From Verrucomicrobiales bacterium (lineage in GTDB: Bacteria; Verrucomicrobiota; Verrucomicrobiia; Verrucomicrobiales; V1-33), in the NCBI GenBank assembly GCA_031411295.1, contig JANOAV010000013.1, positions 1-35,986 on the forward strand: a DNA stretch of 35,986 nucleotides. The letters are read 5' to 3'. Position numbers and translations under genes: made by a program. Shown one piece after another: positions 1 to 10,500 of the stretch (position 1 is its first letter; every line of letters begins with the position of its first letter). Under the pieces are notes generated by a model, which saw only the letters and a program-made list of their open reading frames with translations, was not told the origin of the DNA and did no database searches.

Positions 1-1
1 C

Positions 2-253
2 GGGGTGTCGGTGGCGAAGGTGAGGCAGGTGCAGGCGGCGGGAGGCAGGCTGGGGTTGATCGATGTCATGAAGCACAAGGTGCGGTATTTCTCGCAAGGG
101 GTGGCGTTTGGGCGGACGGAGTTTGTGGAACGGGTGTTTGCGGGGAATCGGGGGGCGTTCGGGAAGAGTCGGAAAGATGGGGCGCGCAAATTGCGTGGGG
201 GGCTGGGTCGAGTGCTGGGGGAACTGCGGACGCTGCGGGATCTGCGAGGGTGA
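2..253 (+). mobile_element. 3' end (partial, runs off the window) of a probable REP-associated tyrosine transposase / IS200-like transposase
   Basis: Open frame from the window edge. The C-terminal 'KVRYFSQGVAFGRTEFVERVF...FGKSRKDGARKL...LRDLR' resembles the tail of the PVC-group RAYT-like transposases. A REP-like palindrome lies 140 bp downstream. The catalytic HUH/Tyr region is outside the window. Confidence 0.6.
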
Positions 254-391
254 GTTTTGCCGAAGGAAATGCAGCGATACAGATGGGGGCTCGTATATTG
301 AGCGTATTATTTTACATAGCAAAATTAAGTGCCATCCACATTATTAGGAGGAGGCCCGAACGCTGGATCGAAGTGGACTGAGGCGCTTGAT

Positions 392-417
392 TGGAGCAGT
401 CCAGCGGACTGCTCCAC
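392..417 (-). repeat. REP-like palindrome, family 1, copy A (GTGGAGCAGTCCGCTGGACTGCTCCA)
   Basis: Perfect 11-bp stem (392-402/406-416) with a 3-nt loop. It begins with GTGG on the minus strand and is homologous to the copies at 15137 and 15165. Confidence 0.75.
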
Positions 418-629
418 ACTCGGGCGAGTGGATAAGCCTAGCCGACGAATGCGGTAGGGACTAGAGGAAATCAAGCATTGTCTGCGGGAGGATCTTGCGA
501 GATGACTTCCGTGCGTGCGTGAAAATGGCTCACGTCACCACGGGGAGGAAATCATTTCCCATTTGAGCCTGCGAGATTACCCTTGGTGGAGATGTTTCCT
601 TTACCTTCGTTCCTAACTTTAACCACGGC

Positions 630-1982
630 ATGCTGAAAATTTTCGGTCAATCCAGTGGTCGCCTCTGCGACGGAGTCTCGCGCCGGGATTTCTTGAAGAT
701 TGGCGGCTTGTCGCTGGGCGGGCTTTCGTTGCCGCAACTCTTGCAGGCGGAACAATTGGCTGGAATCAGGAAATCGCACAAGGCGGTCATCATGATCTAT
801 CTGGCGGGCGCGCCTCCGCACCAGGACATGTATGATCTAAAGATGGATGCTCCCTCGCAGATCCGGGGGCCGCATCGGCCCACGCCGACGAATGTTCCTG
901 GCATTCACATCTCCGAGCACATGCCGTATTGCGCCAAGATCATGGACAAGTTGGTGCCGATTCGCTCAATGTATGGTTCGCCCAGTGGGGACCATGATTC
1001 GTTCATTTGCTATACCGGGCGACCGGTCACCAGCCAGCCCGCAGGAGGTTGGCCCTCGATGGGAGCGGTGTTGTCGAAACTGCAAGGACCTGCGGATCCA
1101 GCAGTGCCGGCGTTTGTGGGACTGGCGCCCAAAGCTGGGCATCCACCGTATGGATCGCCCGGGCATCCGGGATTTCTGGGAACCACGCATGGGGCCTTCC
1201 GGCCCAATGGTCCGAGTATGGATGATATGAAGCTGGGTGACGTTTCCCTGGAACGTCTGGCGGATCGCAGGGCCCTGTTGACGGGCTTTGACAAATTTCG
1301 TCGCGACTTGGATGCGAGCGGAGTGGTGGAGGGGATGGATGACTTCACCCAGCAGGCGTTTAATATCCTCACTTCCAGCAAACTCATGGAGGCACTGGAT
1401 CTTAGCAAGGAAACGGAAAAGGTGCGCGCCCGCTACGGCAAGGGGGACACTAAGAATTACGGTGATGGCGCCCCGCGCAACTGTGAGCATTTCGTGATGG
1501 CAAGGCGGTTGGTTGAAGCTGGGGCGCGCTGTGTGACCCTGAATTTTGGACGGTGGGATTTCCACAGTAACAATCATAGCGAGTTGCTGACACACCTGCC
1601 GTATTTCGATCAAGCCGTGAGCGCGCTGGTGGAAGATTTGCATGAGCGGGGGATGTCGAACGATGTAGCGGTGGTCGCCTGGGGCGAGTTCGGCCGCACG
1701 CCGCAAATCAACAAGGATGGTGGGCGCGATCATTGGCCGCAGGTAGGTGGCGCGCTGCTGGCGGGTGGCGGGATGAAGACCGGGCAAGTCATCGGAGCGA
1801 CGGATCGGTTGGGCGGGGAAATTGCTGAGCGCGGGGTGCATTTTGGCGAAGTCTTTGCCACGCTTTATCATCAGTTGGGGCTGGATCCGAATCAGGTCAC
1901 GGTGCCGGATTTATCGGGGCGACCACAGTATCTGGTTAGTGGCTGGCGTCCGATGCCAGAGTTGATTGGTCGGGGGAGTTGA
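630..1982 (+). CDS. DUF1501 domain-containing protein (Tat-type N-terminus)
   Basis: SRRDFLKIGG twin-arginine motif. The motifs 'IMIYLAGAPPHQDMYD', 'ARRLVEAGARCVT', 'WDFH', 'WGEFGRTP' and 'GRDHW' are typical of PVC DUF1501 proteins. Confidence 0.9.
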   Translation: MLKIFGQSSGRLCDGVSRRDFLKIGGLSLGGLSLPQLLQAEQLAGIRKSHKAVIMIYLAGAPPHQDMYDLKMDAPSQIRGPHRPTPTNVPGIHISEHMPYCAKIMDKLVPIRSMYGSPSGDHDSFICYTGRPVTSQPAGGWPSMGAVLSKLQGPADPAVPAFVGLAPKAGHPPYGSPGHPGFLGTTHGAFRPNGPSMDDMKLGDVSLERLADRRALLTGFDKFRRDLDASGVVEGMDDFTQQAFNILTSSKLMEALDLSKETEKVRARYGKGDTKNYGDGAPRNCEHFVMARRLVEAGARCVTLNFGRWDFHSNNHSELLTHLPYFDQAVSALVEDLHERGMSNDVAVVAWGEFGRTPQINKDGGRDHWPQVGGALLAGGGMKTGQVIGATDRLGGEIAERGVHFGEVFATLYHQLGLDPNQVTVPDLSGRPQYLVSGWRPMPELIGRGS

Positions 1983-2087
1983 GGGGTTGCTTTTGTGAAG
2001 ATCAAAAAAGTTCTCTGAACGGATGTTCATAGACACGACGCTTTGTCGGGAATAAGGTTGGGCGCTGTGCCCTCTCATTGACTGACT

Positions 2088-4223
2088 ATGAAATTTATCC
2101 CTCTCCTTCTCGCTCTTCTTTGCTGCAATCTAACTGCCTCTGGTGCCGGTTTTGGCGCAGGCTTTGGCTTGGAGGTGCCCCGGCTCAGCGTTGAACTGAT
2201 TAACGAAACGAGCTCCATCGCGCCCGGTAAGCCGTTTACAGTTGGGGTAAAAATGACTCACATAGAGCATGGTCATTCCTATTGGCTAAATCCAGGTGGT
2301 CCGGGGAAAGCCACGAAATTTATCTGGACCCTCCCGCCGGGCTTTGCGGCCAGCGAGCCGCTGTGGCCGGCTCCCATCGTGGCGGAGTCTGCGAGCTTTC
2401 TTTCCTATCTTTACGAAGGGGAAATCATGCCTCTGGTCACGATCACGCCGTCTGCCAGTGTGAAGGCGGGGGAAACGCTGAAGCTCGAAATCTTGGTCGA
2501 TGCGTTAGTGTGCATCGAAGATTGTTTGCCGCAGAAGGTGATGGCTACGCTGACAACGGCAGTTGGAGAAACGGCTGGTGAGCTTGATGCAGCAAAGCAA
2601 GCGGCCTTCGCCAAGGCCCGGGCCGCCCTGCCAGTGGCAGTGCAACATTGGACGTTCACGGCCGCCAGCCAACCTGATTCTTTCGTCATCACCCTGAAGC
2701 CAAGCGCGGGGGCGAATCAGCAGCTCAAGCAGGCTTATTTCTTCAGTGCCACTGCTCCTGAGCAAGTCACGGACCCCGCCAAACCACAAGTGCTGGCGCA
2801 GGTGGGCGACCACTGGACGCTGACCGTGCCCCGGGCGGAGGACAAGCCCAAGGCCGAGGCGCTGCAGGGGATTCTGCAAACCAACGATGGTTGGCTGGAC
2901 GGTGGCAAGACGAATGCCTTCGAGGTGAAGCTGCCCGTGGGAGCTGCCGGTCCTGCCGCCGCTGGCGCACCAACCAACAGCGCTGCGCCTGCGGGTGGAG
3001 AAGAGTATGGCACGTTGACGCTGTTATTCTTCGCCTTCATCGGCGGCCTCATTCTGAATGTGATGCCCTGTGTATTTCCGGTGATCGGAATTAAGATCAT
3101 GGGCTTCGTGCAACAGGCGGGCGAAGATAAAAAGAAAATCGTGATGCACGGGCTGGCCTACACCGCCGGGGTGTTAGTGTGTTTCTGGGCGTTGGCGCTG
3201 TTTGTGATTATCGCAGGGAAAGGCTGGGGCTCGCAGTTGCAGTCTCCATTGTTTGTCTTTGGACTCTGTTATTTCTTCCTCGCGTTCGGATTGAACATGG
3301 CGGGCGTGTTTGAGTTCGGCACTTCCGTGATGGGCGTGGGGCAGGATTTGCAATCGAAGTCCGGCCTGGGAGGATCCTTCTTCCAAGGGTTGCTCGCTAC
3401 CGTGGTGGCCACTCCTTGTTCTGCACCGTTCCTAGCTCCCGCGCTGGCTTGGGCGGTATCGCTGCCGCCGTTCCTGGCGTTGGCGGTGTTTACGGTGATC
3501 GGGCTGGGATTGGCGCTGCCGTATCTGGTGCTGTCATTTGCTCCTGGATTGGTCAAATTGATGCCACGTCCCGGGGCGTGGATGGAAAGCTTCAAACAAG
3601 GCATGAGTTTCCTGCTCTTCGGCACCGCCGGCTACATGCTCTGGGTGCTCACTGGCATGGTGGAGCAATGGAATGTGCTGATGACGATCCTTGGCCTGGT
3701 GCTGCTAGCATTGGGGTGCTGGATTTACGGCCGCTGGTTCCTGCCCCATAAATCAGCCCGCGCCCGGAGTATCGGCTTGGCCGCAACCGCACTGGCCTTG
3801 CTGAGTGGACTATGGTTGGGTTGGCCGACTGATCTGAAACCAACTTCCGCTGAAGCGGCCGCCGCCGATGGGTCCCACCTCAACTGGCAAGTGTGGTCTC
3901 CTGAGTTAGTAAAAGAGCTGCGAGCCGCCAATAAGCCCGTTTACATTGACTTTACCGCGCTCTGGTGTGCCACCTGTCAGTTTAATAAACGGCAGTATAA
4001 GAACGATACCATTAAGGCGATGTTGCAAGACAAGCATGTGGAGTTGCTCAAGGCTGACTACACTAACTACGACGCCCGGATCATTCAGGTCCTGCGGGAA
4101 GAATACCATCGCGAAGCAGTGCCCGTAAATGTGCTTTATGTTCCCGGGAGCCCGCAGGCAATCATTCTGCCCTCCGCGCTAACGGAGGGAAATCTGACGG
4201 AAGCGCTCCAGCAGATCAAGTAG
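2088..4223 (+). CDS. dsbD: Thiol:disulfide interchange protein, DsbD family (N-terminal Ig-like domain, TM domain, thioredoxin domain)
   Basis: Signal peptide, N-domain Cys pair CIEDC, membrane Cys in MPCVFP and TPCSAP, and C-terminal thioredoxin DFTALWCATC. Confidence 0.88.
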   Translation: MKFIPLLLALLCCNLTASGAGFGAGFGLEVPRLSVELINETSSIAPGKPFTVGVKMTHIEHGHSYWLNPGGPGKATKFIWTLPPGFAASEPLWPAPIVAESASFLSYLYEGEIMPLVTITPSASVKAGETLKLEILVDALVCIEDCLPQKVMATLTTAVGETAGELDAAKQAAFAKARAALPVAVQHWTFTAASQPDSFVITLKPSAGANQQLKQAYFFSATAPEQVTDPAKPQVLAQVGDHWTLTVPRAEDKPKAEALQGILQTNDGWLDGGKTNAFEVKLPVGAAGPAAAGAPTNSAAPAGGEEYGTLTLLFFAFIGGLILNVMPCVFPVIGIKIMGFVQQAGEDKKKIVMHGLAYTAGVLVCFWALALFVIIAGKGWGSQLQSPLFVFGLCYFFLAFGLNMAGVFEFGTSVMGVGQDLQSKSGLGGSFFQGLLATVVATPCSAPFLAPALAWAVSLPPFLALAVFTVIGLGLALPYLVLSFAPGLVKLMPRPGAWMESFKQGMSFLLFGTAGYMLWVLTGMVEQWNVLMTILGLVLLALGCWIYGRWFLPHKSARARSIGLAATALALLSGLWLGWPTDLKPTSAEAAAADGSHLNWQVWSPELVKELRAANKPVYIDFTALWCATCQFNKRQYKNDTIKAMLQDKHVELLKADYTNYDARIIQVLREEYHREAVPVNVLYVPGSPQAIILPSALTEGNLTEALQQIK

Positions 4224-4531
4224 AACCTTTGCGCAGAAGGTGGTGGATCCCTCCGCGCGACAACTGAAGGTGGACCTTTGTTCTGGTTGTCGCATTCCCG
4301 GAAAGTGAGCCTGCGGGGAGCTATCGGGCAGCGATTCGCCTTGCCCCGCAAACAATTATTCAACGTAGCGGCCGACTTTAGAGGTCCTTTAAAGCCGCTT
4401 TCGGGTTCATTGGATTTTAACGGCTTGGTTACGGTCATTAAAATTTCCGCGTAATTTGTCAGATTTTTATCGCCAAGCCGAAGGGATTTTTTTATTCTCC
4501 AAAAATCCTCGTCCTTTTCCCCATACTTCAT

Positions 4532-7500
4532 ATGAAAATCCCCTCCCGATTGCTGGCTGGTGCGCTGCTACTAGCTTTTCCCTGCCTTGTCCAAGCCAGC
4601 CATGTGATTCTCTCCGAGGTGATGTATAATCCTGCTGGCACCAAGGCCGAATGGATCGAAGTGACTAATACCACGACCAATCGTTTGGACATGGCAGTCT
4701 GGCAATTGACGAGCGGGGCCAGCCTCACGCTGCCGGATTTCGCTGCGGGCACGCCTACAGCCCACTTTCTCAAGGAGCGGGAGCGTATTATCCTCAGTTC
4801 CAAATCTGCTGCGGATACGCGCTTGGATTATCCCAATATTCCCGCCAATGTGCGCATCTTTGGTCCCTGGGTGGGTGCGTTGGATAATGCAGGCGAGGTC
4901 ATCTCCCTGCGCGATAAAAACGGGGCACTGCTGACTCAGTTAGATTATGGTGACAGCGGACGGAAATGGCCCACCGCTCCCGATGGCACCGGGCATTCGC
5001 TGGTGATGATCAACGAAAACAAGACGCTGGATGATTGGCACAATTGGAACTCCAGCCCCACCATCGGCGGCAGTCCGGGATCACCTGATGTGCAACCGAC
5101 AGAGGAAGCCATTAATGATCCGTCCGCGTCCCTGCCGCTAGTTTATTCCGAGGCCGTGCCGATGACGGCCACGTGGAATTTTTACAAAGAAGTGGCGGCT
5201 CCGCCAGCGAATTGGAATGCGCTGAGTTTCGTGCCATCCGCTCCCTGGGGATCCGGTCCGGCCTTGCTCGGCTTCGAAACGGCTGCGCTCCCTGCGCCCG
5301 GCCTGCTCACAGCGGTGCAAACAGGAGATCCCGGAGCCGGCACGAATTTGTTGAGCTATTATTTCCGCAAGAATTTCACCTGGACCGGCGGGGCTGGCGG
5401 AGCGCAATTTCAGATGGATACCATTCTTGATGATGGTGCCACCTTTTATCTCAATGGCACTTACATTGGGAACAAGGACGGCTTGGTGAATGTGGTTCAC
5501 AACGCCGTCAATGCCACTACCACCGTCACGGACGCTACCTTGGTAACAAACGCGGTTATCGGCACTATTCCGCCGGGACTTTTGCAAGAGGGGAATAATG
5601 TGCTCGCGGCGGTGGGGCACCAAATCAGCCTTACTAGCTCTGACATGATCTTCGGGGCGAATTTGCGGCTGGCCAATGCCCCAGCGGCGGATTTGCTGAT
5701 TAATGAAGTGCGGCAGTCAGGAGCGGGCGTGGGCTTCATCGAATTCTATAATCCTGGCGCGGTGGCGATTAATTTGCAGGGCTACAATCTGACGGATACT
5801 TCCGGTGCTTGGACGAAGTTTCCCATCACGCAATCCATCGTCGTTCCGGCAGGGGGACTGGCCACCATTGGCCTCACGGAATCGGGTTTCTCCAGCACTA
5901 TTGCAACGCTTGCGCTCTACCTTTCCAGACCGAATGGGACGCCGATTACAGGTCTCGTGGCCGCACTGCCGCAAGATGGACGTTCGGTTGGGCGTAAGCC
6001 CGCAGGATCTTCCTCGTGGTATCGTTTCTCCCAGCCCACCCCAGGGCAACCGAACTCCAGTGCCAGCACCGCCTCTGCGGCAACGACGACTCCTAACTTG
6101 AATGAAGTGCACTTCTCCAGCAGCACCAAGGCGGACTGGGTGGAGTTGGCCAATAATCAAAATGCGCCCATGTCCCTGGCTGGCTTGGCCCTGGCATCCA
6201 ACAAAGCGTTTACCGATAAGGTCAATCTTACCGGCTCCATCCCAGCGCATGGTTATGCTAGCGCGACGGTAAATTTCGCGTTGAATACGAATGGCGAGGC
6301 GACGATCTACCTCCTGGATGCCAGCAATAATGTGCTGGCGGAGGCGCAAGTGCAGCGCAGAAACGGCAAATCCAGCACCCAAGCTTGGCCCATCGGGGTA
6401 AATGAATGGTATCCCACAACGACCGCTACGCGGGATGCCATCAATGCCCCGGATCGCAATAGTTCTATTGTCATCAGTGAAATCATGTATGCCCCGCCGT
6501 CTGATCATCGGCAGGGTGAGTTCATTGAATTGACAAATCGCAGTGGTGCGGCGGTTAGTGTCGGCGGATGGAGTTTTAGCTCAGGCATTAGCTATACAAT
6601 CCCTACCGGCACTAGCATTGCTGCGGGTGGGCGATTAGTGGTGGCGCAAGATGCCGCCTTCATCACGGCCAACTATCCTGCGGCCACGGTCGTGGGAGAC
6701 TACGGTGGCAGCTTGAGTAACAGTGGCGAATTGATTCGTTTGGTGGATGCCACCGGGAGCCTGGCCGATGAAGTGGATTACCAAACGGGTGGAGACTGGC
6801 CGCGCCAGGGCGATAGTCTCGGCTCTTCCATCGAACTGATAAATGTCAACATGGACAATGATTGCGGTTCCTCTTGGGCGGGTTCGGATGACACGCAGAA
6901 GGGGCAGTGGACGGCATTTAGTTACAGCGGATTCTGGTCTGATCAAGGCCCGGGAGGCGTAGCCACAGATCGCAACGAGATCCATATGAATCTCACTGGG
7001 GATGGACACATCGTCTTGCGTAACATTTCCTTTACCGTAAATGGAACGCCGACTGCGATTCCTGCCACGGTGTCGGCCGCCAATTCTGGAATCGATGCCT
7101 GGCGGGTGACGGGCACTCACTGGGCCACCTATGGCGATGCGGAAGGTCTCCACATTGTAGCGGACGGAGCGGGCGATATGAAGGGGAATGCGATCGAGAA
7201 GGACGTGCCTTTTACCTTAACCGCATCCACCTATGGTATTACTTTTGAAGCCCGCTGGGTGAGTGGTTCGAGCCGTCTGGTGATGAACTCCTGGGATCGC
7301 ACCTGGGGCCGCACCTTTGCGGTGCCCATGCCGAACGGATTGGGCACTCCCGGAGCCCCTAACTCACGGGCTGCCGCGTTGGCCGCGCCAGAAATCTGGT
7401 CCATGCTGCACAGTCCAGCAGTGCCCAAGGCGACCGATAACGTGATCGTTACGGCTCGCGTCACTTCCTCGCTGCCACTCAACGCAGTATCCGTGTGGCA

Positions 7501-10500
7501 TCGCTTGGATATCCTGGCCGGAAATGGTGCCTGGACTACTTCGCCCATGAACGACGCTGGCACGGGCGGGGATGCCGTTGCTGGCGATGGCATTTACAGT
7601 GCCACGATTAGTTCTTACAAAACGGAAGGTGCCATCGCGCAGTTCTACATCCAAGCCAGCGCTACTGGAGGCGGCACGGCCACCTATCCCGCAGGTGGAG
7701 CCTCGTTGCCGGGCATGTGGATTGTGGATAGCAGTCCAGTCAGTAGTGATCTGCTTGTGGAGCGTTTCGTGGTCGCCCAGCGGGACCATGATGCCATGGC
7801 CAACGGTGCCACTGCGACCTACAATTATCGTCATCCGCGGATGTCCAATCACTACTACAACGCGACGTTTATTGTGAACGAGAAGGAAATCACTTACAAC
7901 GTGGAAGCCCGCAAGAGCGGCTCTCCATGGACTCGTGACGGTGGCAATAGCATGGACCGTATCCGCACCAAATTCCCCAAAGACCGCATGTTCCGTGGCC
8001 GGGAAAAAACTGGGGCGGACAACGATGCCTCCGACCCCGGGGCGCGCCGCTGGAATAATCGTGTGGACCGTTATTGGCTCTATCTGCTGGGTTATCCGGC
8101 GGCGGAAGCAGAATTTATCCAAGTGCAATTTAATAACTTGGGGCTCTCACTCAAAGATGACACAGAGCCAACGGACACGGACCTGCTGGCTCGCACCTAC
8201 GACAACCCTGGCTCCACCGAGCTGCACGAGGTGGATGATGCGTGGTATTTTACGGACGATCTGATTGGCGAAGGACGCTCGCAAATTGATGGAAACTGGC
8301 AGGTGGATGCGCGGTGGTATGACAGCGCGGTCTTCTGGCAGGGCTCCTGGCCCATGCGCACGCAGGTGGAGCGCTATGATTACTCCCCGCTCACCAGTTG
8401 GATTCGCACGATGTATAACAACGGCATCACGCCAGCCAATGATGCCGAGGATAACACTTACCGTGCCTCCGTGGAAAACCAGTTCGATGTCGATAAATTC
8501 GGCCGCTATGCCGCGGTGAAAGCCTGGGCTGGAAGTTGGGATAACTTCACCATCAATCGAGGTAAGAACGGCTACGTTTACCGTCGTCCCACGGATGGAA
8601 AATGGGAGTTTGAATTCTGGGATGGTGATCTGGATTTCGCGAACACAGGTGAGGCTGTCCTAGGTGGCATTGCAGGAACTGGGGTCTTCTTTGGTCGTCC
8701 GTGGTTCCGTCGCTCGATGAATTATTATTTGCAGGAAATTCGCGACAAGTGGTCCTTAAATTCCCCCCGGATGTATGCCTGGCTCCAAGCCATGGAAGAT
8801 CAATCCAGTAGCTATGATATCGTTCAGGATTTCTATAAAACGTGGTTCGCTAATCGACGCACTTCGATCGATGCCTTCATCGGAACGGGGAACCAGACCA
8901 GCCCTTTCACGGCCACTGCTAGCGTTGGCGCAGCAACGACCCTGAACTTCACCAACCTCACCGGCACGGCTCCCACGCAGGTTTCCAGCATCACGGTGAC
9001 GGGTCATCCCGAGGGCGTGTTCCGTTGGCTGACGGCCTCTACTTGGCAAATAACCGGCATCGCGCTCCGCTCCGGTTCCAATCTCCTCAGCATCACTGGC
9101 ACGGATCGCCAAGGCGTCACGATCGGCAGCACCACGGTGCTTGTGACCAAGACAGGCGATGCGCCACCAGTGCTGGTCATCGTGAGCGATCCCGCATCCA
9201 TGAACGCCTCGCTGGGCGAAGCCGTCGTCGTGGATTCGACCGGGAGTTTCGATCCCGAAGGCACTGCGCTCACCCTGGCCTGGAGTATCACGCCGACATC
9301 GGGCGTCAGCATCACCAACTCAGGAGCCACCGGAAAACGCTACCTGTTCAGCACCCCTGGCATTTACACTGTGACTTTAAATGGCACGGATGGAGCGGCC
9401 TCCGTCTCCAGCCTGGCCCGCCAGATCACGATTTACTCCACCGCAGACTTTGCCTCCTTCGGCAGTAGCCTCCTGCTGGCACCCAACCTCACAGCTACCA
9501 ACACCGAACTGCGAGACAATAGTTCCCCCACCAGTTCCTACTCTTTAGAAGACAGCAGCGGCCGACTCCTCCTCCAAGTCAACGAGGCTGCCGCAGCCCC
9601 GCTGGACTCCACAACCTTCCCCTCCATCACCCGCCCCCTGCCGACCACGGCGGATTGGGTCATGCAAACGGACGTCCATTTGGACGCCCGACATTTGGGT
9701 GGCGATTTCGACACCGGTCTGATGGTAGATACCGTGGAAAATGGCCTAGCCGTGCGCTACGTGTATGCCTTGGAGACCGGGGATCAGGTCCGCGTCCGGC
9801 GGGATGATCCCAACGGTGTGTTCTACATCCCAGCCACGGGCAACCCGACTCCTTTCCGCATCAACTGTGGTGGGCCCCAAGTAACCGAAGCCGACAGCCG
9901 CGTCTGGACGGCAGACAATTATTTCCTGTCCAATCCCGCCACCACCACCGTGGCTCAGTCCTATGTAAGCACTGCGCAACCAAACTACACCAACGTCCTG
10001 GACAGCCGCCGCACGGGCATTTCCGGCGGGAGTATTACCTATGAATTCCCGGTCCCGGCATGGAGTTACAGCCTCACCCTCTACTCCAATGTCATCGCCA
10101 GTCCCAGTCAGACCATCAACATGAACGTCTACATCAACGATGGCACCGCAGCCGCTTGGTCAGCCAATAGCAGCAGTTCCATCATGCGGACCTTCCCGAT
10201 TTCAAGCGTGACCCGCAATGGCGCGGGGAATATCAAGATCAATATCGCTATCGTTAGCGCGACTAGCACGGTCGGAGCGCAAGCCACCATCAGCGCCATC
10301 GAACTGGTGCCCATTGCCCCCACCGCCGCTGTAGGCCTGCCGGCCCTAACTCCCGCCCCGATGACCGCCGATTCCCTGCGCATCCAGCGCTCCGGGAACT
10401 CGCTCATCTTCTCCCGCAAAGTCGCAGGGGCTTGGATTGTGGATCAAACGCAGACTCTCCCCACCGGCACCACCGCTGTGAAAGGCGGCATCTTTGCCTC

